64,000 nucleotides of DNA from Candidatus Binatia bacterium (GCA_963666515.2 OY762897.2:4000001-4064000), one strand, 5' to 3'. Shown: positions 47,800 through 57,962, counted from the first letter of the stretch. A program made the numbers and translations. Notes: generated by a model not told the origin, from the sequence alone.

Positions 47800-49002
47800 G
47801 TGACCACACCTTCTCCACCCGAGCCCCGGCGCTGGTTCTTCCTGTTCATCGCCACGCTGTCGCAGACGGCGATGTCCACCATCCACATGGGCATCCCGAC
47901 CGTGGTGCCGCTCATTCAGGCCGAGCTGGGCCTGAACCTCACCGAGGTCGGGGTCCTGGTTTCGATGATCAACGTCGGGGTGGTGGCCGCGGTGCTGGGC
48001 ATGGGCAAGGCCGCGGACCGCTACGGCGAGCGGCGCGTCATCGGCTACGGCACCGCGGCCTGCGGCCTGCTGGTGCTGACGGTGCACTTCGCTGGCGGCT
48101 TCATTGGATTGCTGGTGGTGTTCCTGCTCCTGGGGGTGCCGGTGGCCACCAGCACGCCGGCAGGCAGCAAGGCGGTGGCGGGATGGTTCCCGGACCGGGA
48201 ACGGGGCATGGCCATGGGCGTGCGGCAGACCGGCATTCCCCTGGGCGGCACCATCGGCGCGCTGACGCTGCCGGCCATGGGCCTGGTGTTCGGCTGGCGC
48301 TGGGCGCTGTCCCTGGTGGGAGTGGTCACCATCCTCGCCGGACTGATGGTGCTGGTCTGCTACAGGGAGCCCGAGCGGCCTCCGGCCGCGGGCGGCACGG
48401 CCCCCGTGGGCGGCCTCAAGGACATCGTGCGGCGCTCGGACATCTGGGCCGCGGCGTTCTACGCCTCGGTGCTGGCCGGGTGCCAGTGGTGCTACATCAG
48501 CTACATCGAGCTGTACCTCACCGAGCACATCTTCTACCCGCTGGTGTTCGCCGCCCACCTTCTGGCGGTGGGCCAGGCCTGCGGCGGCGCCGGCCGCATC
48601 GTCTTCGGCATCGCCAGCGACCGCCTTTTCTTCGGACGGCGCGTGCCGGTGCTGGTGATGCTGGGCCTTCTCGGCGCCGCCGCCGGCGTGGCCACGGCCC
48701 TGCTGTCACCGGGCATGCCGGCGTGGCTCGTGGCCCTGGTGGTCTGGCTCCTCGGCCTCGGCACCATGAGCTGGCAGGGACTGTACCTCGCCCTGGTGGC
48801 CAAGATCGCCGGCACCCGCGTGGCCGGCGTCGCCATCGGCATGACCAACACCGTGGCGTTCGTGGGCGTGGTGGTGCTGCCGCCCATCTTCGGCTCCATC
48901 GCCGACTACACGGAGTCCTACGAGGCGGCCTGGGTCGCCATGGCCGTCGCCATCGCGCTGCCGCTGCCGTTCCTGTGGAGGGTGAGGGAGGATTCGCTGT
49001 AG
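47800..49002 (+). CDS. MFS transporter
   Basis: GKAADRYGERR motif A, WFPDRERG, about 12 TM helices. Confidence 0.88.
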   Translation: MTTPSPPEPRRWFFLFIATLSQTAMSTIHMGIPTVVPLIQAELGLNLTEVGVLVSMINVGVVAAVLGMGKAADRYGERRVIGYGTAACGLLVLTVHFAGGFIGLLVVFLLLGVPVATSTPAGSKAVAGWFPDRERGMAMGVRQTGIPLGGTIGALTLPAMGLVFGWRWALSLVGVVTILAGLMVLVCYREPERPPAAGGTAPVGGLKDIVRRSDIWAAAFYASVLAGCQWCYISYIELYLTEHIFYPLVFAAHLLAVGQACGGAGRIVFGIASDRLFFGRRVPVLVMLGLLGAAAGVATALLSPGMPAWLVALVVWLLGLGTMSWQGLYLALVAKIAGTRVAGVAIGMTNTVAFVGVVVLPPIFGSIADYTESYEAAWVAMAVAIALPLPFLWRVREDSL

Positions 49003-49008
49003 GTCCCG

Positions 49009-49845
49009 TCAGCGTGCCAGGCAGTGCTCCGCGATCTCGCGGTAGGTGGGCTGCCAGATCTCGCTACGGTGCCGGTTGGCGTACTCGATGATGCGCTCGA
49101 AACCGATGGCGAGATACGGCCGGCCGCCCAGCTCGGCGTGGACGCAGGCGTCGATCATTCCCGGGCGGCCGCCCTTGGCCTCCTCGTAGATGAAATCGAA
49201 GCCGTCCTTGAACCCGGTGAAGAAGGTGCCGGCGTTGCCCAGGCCGTTGCCCCAGGCGCGCCAGTCGTTGGCGTACCAGGTCTTGGGGATGACGCAGATG
49301 CGGCGGCCGTTGACCGATGCGACGTAGGGAACGTCGTCGTCCGAGGGGTCGCCGGACCACAGGTAGCCCGCTTCGGCCAGGAACCCCAGGGTCACGTCGG
49401 TATGGTGGCCGCCGGGACCGAACCAGCCCACCGGCCGCGTCCCGGTGATGTCTTCCAGTATCCGGGTGCAGGAGTCGATCTCCTCCTTCTGCTCCTCCGG
49501 GCTCAACTCCACCATGCTGACCTCGTTGGTGGTGCCGTGCCCGGCGATCTCGTGGCCGGCTTCGTGCAGCGCGCGCACCGCGTCCGGCCATTTCTCCGCG
49601 GCCAGCGAGTTCACCAGCACCATGGCGCGGACGTTCTGCCGCTCCAGGATCTCCAGGATGCGCCAGATGCCCACGTTGCCGCCGTACTCCGCGTGGGAGA
49701 GGGAGCTGTGGTTCACGTCGATGCGCGGGTCCATCTTGAAGCGGCCGGTCTTGCGGAAGGCTTCCAAAGCCACGCTGAAGGTGCAGCAGATGAGCTTGTC
49801 GTCCGGCCACCGGATCGTGCGTCTGGAAGCGGAGTCGTTGGCCAT
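49009..49845 (-). CDS. Polysaccharide deacetylase family (PuuE-like)
   Basis: EYGGNVGIWRI, HEIAGHG, RPVGW, DDVPY, HAELGGRP. Confidence 0.8.
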   Translation of the reverse strand: MANDSASRRTIRWPDDKLICCTFSVALEAFRKTGRFKMDPRIDVNHSSLSHAEYGGNVGIWRILEILERQNVRAMVLVNSLAAEKWPDAVRALHEAGHEIAGHGTTNEVSMVELSPEEQKEEIDSCTRILEDITGTRPVGWFGPGGHHTDVTLGFLAEAGYLWSGDPSDDDVPYVASVNGRRICVIPKTWYANDWRAWGNGLGNAGTFFTGFKDGFDFIYEEAKGGRPGMIDACVHAELGGRPYLAIGFERIIEYANRHRSEIWQPTYREIAEHCLAR

Positions 49846-49869
49846 GTTTCCTCCCTTTCCCGGATCGGA

Positions 49870-52095
49870 TTACCTCTTTCGTGTCTCTGCGGCGACCACT
49901 GCCAGCGCGTCCAGCGCCAGCCCTCCGGCGCCCCTGGGGCACGCCAGGAAGGGGTTGACGTCCACGCTTTCGATGACGTCTCCGGCCGCGGCCGCCAACC
50001 GGCCCAGGGCCACCAGCGCGTCGACGACGGCGTCGCGGTCGTAGGGTCCCGCGCCGCGGTACCCGTCCAGCAGCCGGCCGACCCGGGTGGATTCGATGAG
50101 CCGCGCAGCCCCTTCGCGGCTGATCCCGGGCGGCCCGAAGGCCACGTCCTTCAGCAGCTCCAGCCACACCCCGCCGGCCCCGAACATGATCACCGCCCCC
50201 ATCTCGGGGTCCCGCTGCATGCCCAGCACCAGTTCCAGCCCGGGCGGGGCCATCCGCGCCACCAGCCAGCCGTCCAGGCGGATGTCCGGGTCGTAGGCCG
50301 CGACGTTTTGCGCGATGTCCCGGCAGGCGCTCTCCACGGCCGCGGCGTCGCCGACGTTGACGCGCACGGCGCCGGCGTCGCTCTTGTGCGTGAGGTTCGC
50401 AGCCACTCCCTTCACCGCCACCGGGTAGCCGATGCGCTCGGCCAGCGCCAGCGCCTCCTCCCCGGTGCGCGCCAGTCCTTCCTCGATGAGCGGAATCCCG
50501 AACGCCGCCACCAGCTCCTTGGATTCAGGCTCGCTCAGCGGAAAGGCCGCGGACGCGCCCTCGGCCCGTCGCCGGAGCGTTTCGACCCGGGCCGCCGCCG
50601 CGGCGGACTCGGGCGCCGATGCCGGCGTCCCCGATGCCGGCAGGGGCGGCGCCGTCGCAGCCCCGGCCTCCCGGACGTTCCGCTGGTAATCCAGCACCGC
50701 GCGGATGGCGCGGAACGCGCGCTCGGGCTCGTTGAGACACGGAACGTGCGGAAAGCGGTTGCGGGCGGCGCGGCTGAACTCCGTCAGGTCGTAGGAAGCC
50801 GGGGACGTCAGCGCGAACGGTTTCTCCGCGGGTCCCAGGAAGCGGTGGTCGATGGCCTCCAGGGTCGCCAGCACCCGCGCGGCGCGCCGGCGGTTGGCGT
50901 CGGTGGCGCCCTCGTGGGGAGGCAGGTCTTCCTGGAACAGCACCATGTCCACGCCCGGGTCGTTGCGCACGGCCTCGACGACCTTCAGCACGTCTTCCAG
51001 AGGGCGGTTGAGATAGCCGTTGGCGTCCAGGGGATTGCTGACGGGCTGCCCCGCGCCCAGGAGTTCCCGGAGGCGCGTGCGCGTTTCCGGCGCGAACTCC
51101 GGCAGCGCCACCCGGTGCCGGTCGGCGGCGTCCTCGGCCAGGCCGCGCACCCCGCCGGAGTACACCAGCACGCCGACGCCCTCGCCCCTGGGCTCGCTCG
51201 CGTGCAGCAGCATGTCGATCACGTCCACGGCGTTGTCGGCGCTCTCCACCCGGATGACGCCGGCCGGACCGGCGACGGCGTCGAAGGCTTCCACCCGGCC
51301 GGCCAGGGAGCCGGTGTGCGAGAGCGCGGCGCGGCGGCCGCCCTCGGACACCCCCATCTTGAGCACCACCACCGGCTTGCCGGCGTCGCGGGCGGCCCGG
51401 CACGCGGCGAGAAAGTCGTCGGACCGCCGCACCGCCTCCACCAGGCAGAAGACCAGCCGCACCTCGGGGTCGGTGACGAAGTAGCGGATGTAGTCCGCGG
51501 TGATGAGCCCGGCCTCGTTGCCGCTGGTGACCACGTAGCTCACGTCGATGCCCCGGTCCATGAGGGTGCGCGCGATGCTGGGCGTGGTGGTGCCGCTCTG
51601 GCCCACCATGGCCACGGGGCCGGGGACCAGCTCCTGCACCCGGTCGTCCGGCAGCGTCAGCAGACGGGCGCGCGCCGACAGGTTGCCGAGGCAGTTGGGC
51701 CCGGAAACGGCGAGGCCGGTGTCCTCGATGGCCTCGCGCAGTTCCGCCTCCAGCGCGCGGCCCTCCGCGGTGCCGGATTCGGAGAAGCCGGTGGCGTAGA
51801 GCGTGGCGCTGCGGGCGCCCATGGCCGCGGCCTCACGCAGGATGCCCGGTACGCTGGCCGCGGCCCGCATCACCACCAGGTGGTCGGGAACCGCGGGAAG
51901 AGAGCGCAGGTCGGGATAGCACTCCACCCCCCATATGCGCTCGTGGTTCGGGTTCACCGGATAGACCGGGCCGTCGAACTCGAAGCGGACCAAGTTGGCG
52001 AAGATGCGCGCCGTCCACCCGGAGGGGTTTTCCCTGGCGCCCAGGATGGCGACGCTGGCGGGATTGAGCAGTGTCGCGACCTTGTCGGTGCTCAT
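49870..52095 (-). CDS. NDP-forming acyl-CoA synthetase (acetate-CoA ligase family)
   Basis: LNPASVAILGA, YPVNP, GPNCLG, ALSHTGSLAG, SNPLD, HKSDAGAV, DVNP. Confidence 0.88.
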   Translation of the reverse strand: MSTDKVATLLNPASVAILGARENPSGWTARIFANLVRFEFDGPVYPVNPNHERIWGVECYPDLRSLPAVPDHLVVMRAAASVPGILREAAAMGARSATLYATGFSESGTAEGRALEAELREAIEDTGLAVSGPNCLGNLSARARLLTLPDDRVQELVPGPVAMVGQSGTTTPSIARTLMDRGIDVSYVVTSGNEAGLITADYIRYFVTDPEVRLVFCLVEAVRRSDDFLAACRAARDAGKPVVVLKMGVSEGGRRAALSHTGSLAGRVEAFDAVAGPAGVIRVESADNAVDVIDMLLHASEPRGEGVGVLVYSGGVRGLAEDAADRHRVALPEFAPETRTRLRELLGAGQPVSNPLDANGYLNRPLEDVLKVVEAVRNDPGVDMVLFQEDLPPHEGATDANRRRAARVLATLEAIDHRFLGPAEKPFALTSPASYDLTEFSRAARNRFPHVPCLNEPERAFRAIRAVLDYQRNVREAGAATAPPLPASGTPASAPESAAAAARVETLRRRAEGASAAFPLSEPESKELVAAFGIPLIEEGLARTGEEALALAERIGYPVAVKGVAANLTHKSDAGAVRVNVGDAAAVESACRDIAQNVAAYDPDIRLDGWLVARMAPPGLELVLGMQRDPEMGAVIMFGAGGVWLELLKDVAFGPPGISREGAARLIESTRVGRLLDGYRGAGPYDRDAVVDALVALGRLAAAAGDVIESVDVNPFLACPRGAGGLALDALAVVAAETRKR

Positions 52096-52236
52096 GGCAG
52101 CGGGGTAGTATAGGTCAGGGCTCCCGGCCGTGGCAAACTTGCCGCGCCGACGGCGTCGCTGGCCGGCGTACCGGACGACGCGCAAAGCCCGACGGGCGAG
52201 CGGCAGGCACAGACGGCAACGAGCGGGGGGAGTATC

Positions 52237-52611
52237 GTGGCACAGACGGGTCTGATAGGCATCGTACTCGTATCCGTGGCGCTCAACGCCTTGGCGCAGG
52301 TCGGCCTGCGCGCCGGCATGAAGGCGGTGGGGTTCGATCTCAGCGTCCGATGGGCGGGCCAACTGCTCACGTCATGGCCGTTCCTGGCGGGCATGGGCTG
52401 TTACGCGGTCAGCATCTTCGTCTGGCTCTACGTGCTGTCACGGCTGCAGGTTTCGCTCGCCTATCCGTTCCAGGCCGCCGGCTACATTCTGGGCGCCGTG
52501 GTCGCGTGGATGTTGCTGGGCGAAGTGGTGCGGCCGGTCAACATGCTGGGATTGGTGCTGATCTTCCTCGGCCTGGTGTGCCTGTCGTTGGGTATCGCAA
52601 ACGATGGATGA
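52237..52611 (+). CDS. SMR/EamA-like small membrane protein (ArnE/F-like flippase)
   Basis: Four TM helices; WLYVLSRLQVSLAYP..LLGE. Confidence 0.75.
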   Translation: MAQTGLIGIVLVSVALNALAQVGLRAGMKAVGFDLSVRWAGQLLTSWPFLAGMGCYAVSIFVWLYVLSRLQVSLAYPFQAAGYILGAVVAWMLLGEVVRPVNMLGLVLIFLGLVCLSLGIANDG

Positions 52612-53620
52612 CGCGTTCGTGGTGTTCGGCGGGGCCGGTTTCGTCGGCCGGGCGCTGGTTGACCGGCTGCGGGCGGCCGGGGCGCCCGTGGTCGTGGTGG
52701 ATCACGAGGCGCACGCCGGACGGTCCCAGGGCAATGCCTTTCTTCAGGCCGACGTTTCCGACCCGCACCGGGTGGCGGCGCTGGCCGATCGGTTGCCGGA
52801 GGGGGCCGTCTTCGTGAATCTCGCGGCGCGGCAGTATCATTCCGGCGTTCCGCGCGCGGGAAGGCAGGCATGGTTCAACGCGGTCAACCTCGATGGCGCT
52901 TGCCACGTCGCCGATCTGGCCGTCAGGAAACGCGCGGCCGGCCTGGTGCAGTTCTCTTCGGACATGGTCTACGGCACGCCCTTGGAAGTGCCGGTGACGG
53001 AGAGCCACCCGCGGCGGCCCAACGGGGAGTACGGACGGTCCAAGAAACGGATGGAAGCGGCGCTGGCGGGGAAGGCCGCGGCGGCCGGGCTCAGGCTCAC
53101 GATCTTCCGCCCGCGCCTCATCGCCGGGCCCGGCCGGCTCGGCGTCTTCGCCAGGTTGTTCAGGCTCGTGCGCCGTCACCTGCCGGTGCCGCTGATCGGC
53201 TCTGGACGGAATCGATACCAGATGGTATCCGCTCAGGACTGCGCCCGCGCCGTGCTGCTGGCGCACGAGAGCCGGTTTCCGGAAGGGAGCTTCAACCTGG
53301 GTTCGGAACCCGGCGCCACGGTCAGGCAGTTGATGCACGATCTCGTGCGCCACGCCGGCTCCCGTTCGCCGGTCCTGCCGGCCCCGGCCCGGCCGGTGCG
53401 CCTTGCGCTCGCCGGCCTGGCGCTGGTGGGCATCGAGCCACTCTACCGGGAGCAGTACCTGATCGCCGACAAGGACTTCGTCGTGGATACGACCCGTGCT
53501 CGGGAAGTTCTCGGATGGCGGTCGAGCGAGGGCGACCGGGACATGCTCCTCGCCGCCTATGACCACTGGCTTCGGAGTCGGGCCGGACCCGGTGAGGCGG
53601 ACGTGAAGAGCGGGACGTGA
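52604..53620 (+). CDS. NAD-dependent epimerase/dehydratase
   Basis: GGAGFVG, SSDMVYG, YGRSK. Confidence 0.85.
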   Translation: MDDAFVVFGGAGFVGRALVDRLRAAGAPVVVVDHEAHAGRSQGNAFLQADVSDPHRVAALADRLPEGAVFVNLAARQYHSGVPRAGRQAWFNAVNLDGACHVADLAVRKRAAGLVQFSSDMVYGTPLEVPVTESHPRRPNGEYGRSKKRMEAALAGKAAAAGLRLTIFRPRLIAGPGRLGVFARLFRLVRRHLPVPLIGSGRNRYQMVSAQDCARAVLLAHESRFPEGSFNLGSEPGATVRQLMHDLVRHAGSRSPVLPAPARPVRLALAGLALVGIEPLYREQYLIADKDFVVDTTRAREVLGWRSSEGDRDMLLAAYDHWLRSRAGPGEADVKSGT

Positions 53621-54519
53621 CACGGACGAAGAACGACAGCGCGGCCGGCGGGCCGCTCGATCATTTCCGGGCGCTGCGCCCGCACCAGTGGATCAAGAAC
53701 GCGCTCGTGTTCGTTCCCCTCGTTGCCGCGCACGAGACCGGCGCCGGACCCTGGATGGCGGCGGCCGGGCTGTTCGCGGCGCTGTCGGCCTGCGCGTCGG
53801 GCACGTACGTGTTCAACGACCTGCTCGACCTCCCGTACGACCGCGCGCACCCGGGCAAGCGCCACCGTCCGATGGCGGCCGGCAAGACGCCGCTGCCGCG
53901 GATGGCCGGCATCGGCGCGGCCCTTGTGGCCGGCGGGCTCGTCCTGGCGTGGTGGGTCTCGCCGGCGGCGGCGCCGTACCTCCTTCTCTACGTGGTGATG
54001 ACGTGCGCCTACTCGTTGTGGCTCAAGCGCGGGGTGTTCCTGGACGTGATCGCACTCGCCCTGCTCTACGGGATTCGCGTCCTCGCCGGCGCGGCCGCGG
54101 CGTCCATCACGCCGTCTCCCTGGCTGCTCGCGTTCTCGCTGTTCATCTTTCTCGCTCTGGCCATCGTCAAGCGGCAGACGGAGCTGGGGCAAGGAAGCGG
54201 GTCCGGCCGCCCCGCGGCCGCCGGGCGCGCCTACCTCGTCGAGGATCTTCCGGTCATGGCGGCGCTCGGCGCCGCCAGCAGCTTCGCCTCGGTGGTGGTG
54301 CTCACCCTCTACATCCAGAGCCCGGTGGTGAACGGGCGTTATGACCGGCCGGAACTGCTGTGGCTCATCTGCCCCTTGCTGGTCTACTGGCTGGGGCGCA
54401 TGACGCTGCTCGCCAATCGTGGGGTCGTGGACGACGACCCGGTGGTGTTCGCGATGCGCGACCGGGCGAGCTGGTTGACCGGCGCCGCCATCCTGGCGGT
54501 GTTCGCCGGCGCGCTGTGA
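53617..54519 (+). CDS. UbiA family, polyprenyl-phosphate phosphoribosyltransferase-like
   Basis: LRPHQWIKNALVF, YVFNDLLD..DRAHP.KR.RP, YSLWLKR, DDPVVFA. Confidence 0.85.
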   Translation: MTRTKNDSAAGGPLDHFRALRPHQWIKNALVFVPLVAAHETGAGPWMAAAGLFAALSACASGTYVFNDLLDLPYDRAHPGKRHRPMAAGKTPLPRMAGIGAALVAGGLVLAWWVSPAAAPYLLLYVVMTCAYSLWLKRGVFLDVIALALLYGIRVLAGAAAASITPSPWLLAFSLFIFLALAIVKRQTELGQGSGSGRPAAAGRAYLVEDLPVMAALGAASSFASVVVLTLYIQSPVVNGRYDRPELLWLICPLLVYWLGRMTLLANRGVVDDDPVVFAMRDRASWLTGAAILAVFAGAL

Positions 54520-54535
54520 CGGGAGGAGGAGAGCC

Positions 54536-56308
54536 GTGCGCAGCGTGAGAAAACTGTTGGAACGGGCGCGGGCCGGACCTTGCGCGGCGGCGGCGTGGGG
54601 CGTCTTCCTCGTCGCTGCGTACGTCAGCCTGGTGAACCTGGACTACGCGGGATTCTGGTCCGACGAGGTGCTGGTCGCCTCTCCCGCCAGGAACCTGCTG
54701 GAAACAGGAGACATCGTGGGTTGGGACGGCCGCAACCTCATAGCCGGGCCCAACGGAGTGCATCTGAACGAGGACCTCCGCGACGTCGGGCCGCCGCTGC
54801 AGTACCTCCTCACCGCCGCGGGGTTCGCCCTCTTCGGCGTCGGCGAAGCCGGCGCCCGGATCTTTCACGCGCTTGCCGGACTGCTTGCGCTGGGATTCTT
54901 CTGGCTCGTTCTGCGCCAGCACCTGCCGGAGAACCCGCGCTTGAGGTTGTTCATCTTCCTGTTCGGCGCCTGGTCGGCGCAACTGCTCATGTATTTCCGC
55001 CATGCCCGCTATTACGGCGTCGCGGTCCTGTGCATGATGGCCATGTTCTACTGCTACGAACGCTATTGGCGAAGCCGGGAGACCGCACAGCTCGCGGCGG
55101 TGACCGTGATCGCGGCGCTGGCGTTCTTTAATCACTACGCTGCCGGGACCGCGACCATGCTTTCGCTCGGCGTCTGGCATCTGCTGTTTCGCGCCCGCGA
55201 GACCACACGGCGGCAGTGGCTGGCTTTTGCGGCTTGCGGCGCCTCGGTGGGAGCGCTCGGTTTGACGTATCTCCTCTTCATCGGGTTGGTCGGCGGCGGC
55301 CGGGACCCGACCGCGTCGTTCCTCACCGCGGATTTCGGAGAGTACGAGGGCGCAGTGCCCCTGTCGCTGCTCAAGATCTGGATTTGCGTGCGCGATCTGT
55401 TCGCCGCGGACTGGATATCGTGGCCGGTGTTCCTGTGGTTCGCCGGCATGTTGCTCCTCTCATGGCGAAGGCGGCGCCACGGATCGCCCCGGCAAGCGGG
55501 ACGGGCGAAGCGGGGGCAACGCGAACAGCCTGCCCGGACGGAACCGGGCGGTGACGGCCTGCCGTGGACTCCGGTGAGCCGAATCGTGCTCCTGGGCGCG
55601 TTGTTCGCGGTGATTTCCGCGCCGTTGTCGGTGCAGCCGGTGTGGCTGCCCGGGACGTCGCTCGACTTGCGATACTACGTCCCGGCGCTGCCGCTGCTGC
55701 TCGCGATGAAGGGGTTGTTTGCCGAGTGGACGTGGAGGAAGTCGAAGATCGCGGGCGGCGTGGTCGGCGCCGTCCTGCTGTTTACCAGCGCCGGCGCCGC
55801 TCCTTTCAACATCCGGTCGGTATTCACCGGCAAGCCCACGCTCGACTCCCATCCGTACCGGTTCGTGCGGGAAATCCACCGGCCTTACCGCGATGCCGTC
55901 CAGGTCGTTTCCGGCTACTTTCTGCGGCATGCCGGCCAGGACGATCTCGTGTACGTCCATCAGCGCCCTTTCTTCCGCGACGAGCTGACGTTCTACCTCA
56001 CCCGCCGCGTAAGGTTCTGTGGCGTACTCAACGAGAATTCGGTCCTGCCGCGCGACAAGCTCGAATCCATGGGTGTGCCGCCGCACATCTGGGGATGCTC
56101 ACCCGACTGGATTGTCGTTCCCGGGCCGGTGCAACGGGCGTTGTGGGAGCGAATCAAGCCGCAATACGATCTCGCCACGCTGCTGGACGTGTACCACGTC
56201 ACCACCCAGAGGGCGGAACTCAACCGGCACGAGTTCGAGCCTCTGCCCGCGCGGGGCGGCGTGCACGTCTTTCGCCGCAAGCCGCGGCCGGAACGGCGTG
56301 GGAACTGA
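54536..56308 (+). CDS. GT-C fold membrane glycosyltransferase (ArnT/PMT-like)
   Basis: FWSDE after first TM, PPLQY, EAGAR, ARYY, many TM helices. Confidence 0.75.
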   Translation: MRSVRKLLERARAGPCAAAAWGVFLVAAYVSLVNLDYAGFWSDEVLVASPARNLLETGDIVGWDGRNLIAGPNGVHLNEDLRDVGPPLQYLLTAAGFALFGVGEAGARIFHALAGLLALGFFWLVLRQHLPENPRLRLFIFLFGAWSAQLLMYFRHARYYGVAVLCMMAMFYCYERYWRSRETAQLAAVTVIAALAFFNHYAAGTATMLSLGVWHLLFRARETTRRQWLAFAACGASVGALGLTYLLFIGLVGGGRDPTASFLTADFGEYEGAVPLSLLKIWICVRDLFAADWISWPVFLWFAGMLLLSWRRRRHGSPRQAGRAKRGQREQPARTEPGGDGLPWTPVSRIVLLGALFAVISAPLSVQPVWLPGTSLDLRYYVPALPLLLAMKGLFAEWTWRKSKIAGGVVGAVLLFTSAGAAPFNIRSVFTGKPTLDSHPYRFVREIHRPYRDAVQVVSGYFLRHAGQDDLVYVHQRPFFRDELTFYLTRRVRFCGVLNENSVLPRDKLESMGVPPHIWGCSPDWIVVPGPVQRALWERIKPQYDLATLLDVYHVTTQRAELNRHEFEPLPARGGVHVFRRKPRPERRGN

Positions 56309-56319
56309 CGGAAGAGCTT

Positions 56320-57429
56320 TCAGGCGGCGCGGGACGACAGCCGCGCGTAGCGCTTGCGGTGCCGGGCGGCGTTGCCGTGCTGGCCCGCGAGCGACATGGC
56401 CCGCCGCAGGTAGAGGCTTGCGTCGTACTCGTCGGTGAAGCCGATGGCGCCGTGCATCTGCACCATGGACTTGGTCACGGAAAGCACCGCGTCCGAGGCC
56501 CGTGCCTTCACCGCGGCCACCATGGCGCGGTTGCCGCGCCCCTCGTCCATGGCCGCGCATACCTGGTAGAGCAGCGAGCGCGTCAGCTCGATGTCGACAT
56601 GGTCGTTCACCGCGCGGTGCTGCAGCGCCTGAAAGGAGCCGATGGGCCGGCCGAACTGCTCCCGCGTTCCGAGGTAGTCCACGGCCAGCGCCAACCCCTG
56701 CTCCATGACGCCCAGCATCTCGGCCGAGGTCCCCAGCAGCACCAAGTCCAGGGTGGCGGCGGCGACCTCCGCGCCCTGCGCGCCGTCCGCGATCACCTGA
56801 TCCGCGGACACGTGGACGTCCGACAGGGCCAGCGTCCCATGCTCCGTGCCGTCCACGCGGCCGCTTGGCGCGATTTCCAGACCGGCAGCGTCGCGCGGCA
56901 CCACGCACACCACCGTGCCGTCGCCGCCACGGGCGTCGACGATGAACCCCGAAGCCGCGGCCGCGCCGGGAACCGCGGCGGTGCGCCCAGTGAGCCGGAA
57001 GCCGCTGGACGCGGGCGCGGCCTGGACCCGGGCGCCGGCCGGGTCCTCGGCGACCGGGTCGTGCAGCGCCGGCAGGATGATGGAGCGGCCGCTCATGAGC
57101 CCCTCCAGAGTCTCGCCCATGGCCTCGGGTCCCGAAGCCACGACCCGGGCCGCGGCCATCAGCGAGGCAACGGGTTCGGTCACGAGCCCCCGGCCGGCCG
57201 CTTCCAGCACCAGCGCTGCCTCGGTGGCGCCCAGGCCTAGTCCGTCCCGCTCTTCGGGCGCCAGCAACGACAGCCAGCCGGCCTCCGCCACCACCGCGAG
57301 CCGGGCCGGGTCGAAGCCGTGCTCCGTGGTCCGCAACTCCCGGAAGCGCGCCGGGCCGGCGTGCCTTTCGATGAGCTTGTCGGCGCTCTCCCGAAGGATC
57401 GTCCGCGCCTCATCCAGGACGAGTTCCAT
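56320..57429 (-). CDS. Acyl-CoA dehydrogenase-like subunit
   Basis: REQFGRPIGSFQALQHR, QMHGAIGFTDE. Confidence 0.85.
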   Translation of the reverse strand: MELVLDEARTILRESADKLIERHAGPARFRELRTTEHGFDPARLAVVAEAGWLSLLAPEERDGLGLGATEAALVLEAAGRGLVTEPVASLMAAARVVASGPEAMGETLEGLMSGRSIILPALHDPVAEDPAGARVQAAPASSGFRLTGRTAAVPGAAAASGFIVDARGGDGTVVCVVPRDAAGLEIAPSGRVDGTEHGTLALSDVHVSADQVIADGAQGAEVAAATLDLVLLGTSAEMLGVMEQGLALAVDYLGTREQFGRPIGSFQALQHRAVNDHVDIELTRSLLYQVCAAMDEGRGNRAMVAAVKARASDAVLSVTKSMVQMHGAIGFTDEYDASLYLRRAMSLAGQHGNAARHRKRYARLSSRAA

Positions 57430-57962
57430 CAGGACATGAACTCGTGGATCGACATCATCAAGACGAGCGCCGTAAACCCGGCCCCGACCATCCACTGGAT
57501 CAGGCTGAAGCGTTTGTCCATGTGCTGGACCATGTCGTTGAACCGTTTGTCGGATGCCTCGAATCGCTTGTCCACGGCTTCGAACCGGTTGTCCATGTGC
57601 CGGACCAAGTCGTCGAACCGTTTGTCGGATGCCTCGAATCGTCGGTCTACGGCCTCGAATCGCTTGTCCATGTACCGGATCATGTCGTCGAATCGCCGGT
57701 CGAATGCCTCGAATCGTTCGTCGACGGCCTCGAATCGTCTATCCACGGCTTCGAAGCGCCGGTCCACGGCCTCGAAGCGCGCCACCATGAGTTCTCCCTG
57801 GGCCTTGAGCTGTTCCTCCACCCGGGTCATGCGCTCCAGGAGTTGCGGCCCGACGAAGACCTGCGGCGCCACCTCGGTGAGCCAACGGCTCAAGTTGCTA
57901 CGCACGTAGTCGCCGACACGCTGTAGATCCTGATCGTTCAATCCTGCCGCCGAGCCACTCAT
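57429..57962 (-). CDS. Coiled-coil repeat protein with C-terminal TM anchor (DUF1640-like)
   Basis: LLERMTRVEE, RFEAVDR/RFEASDK repeats, hydrophobic C-terminus; TGATG overlap with the ACAD start. Confidence 0.75.
   Translation of the reverse strand: MSGSAAGLNDQDLQRVGDYVRSNLSRWLTEVAPQVFVGPQLLERMTRVEEQLKAQGELMVARFEAVDRRFEAVDRRFEAVDERFEAFDRRFDDMIRYMDKRFEAVDRRFEASDKRFDDLVRHMDNRFEAVDKRFEASDKRFNDMVQHMDKRFSLIQWMVGAGFTALVLMMSIHEFMS
57510..57780. repeat. Coding tandem repeats (21-nt and 33-nt units)
   Basis: Recurrent GCCTCGAATCG/GCTTCGAA units encoding 7-aa and 11-aa repeats. Confidence 0.8.

Noticed and set aside
47730-47800. tRNA-Sec (selC) next to selA
   Set aside because: Gap too short and no cloverleaf or UCA anticodon arm visible
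49024-52113. Long antisense ORFs (also 13718-16054, 28286-30577, 46308-49091, 9626-11407)
   Set aside because: Shadow frames of real high-GC genes on the opposite strand, without protein motifs
57510-57780. Periodic repeats as a CRISPR array
   Set aside because: Units are multiples of 3, lack unique spacers and encode a coiled coil
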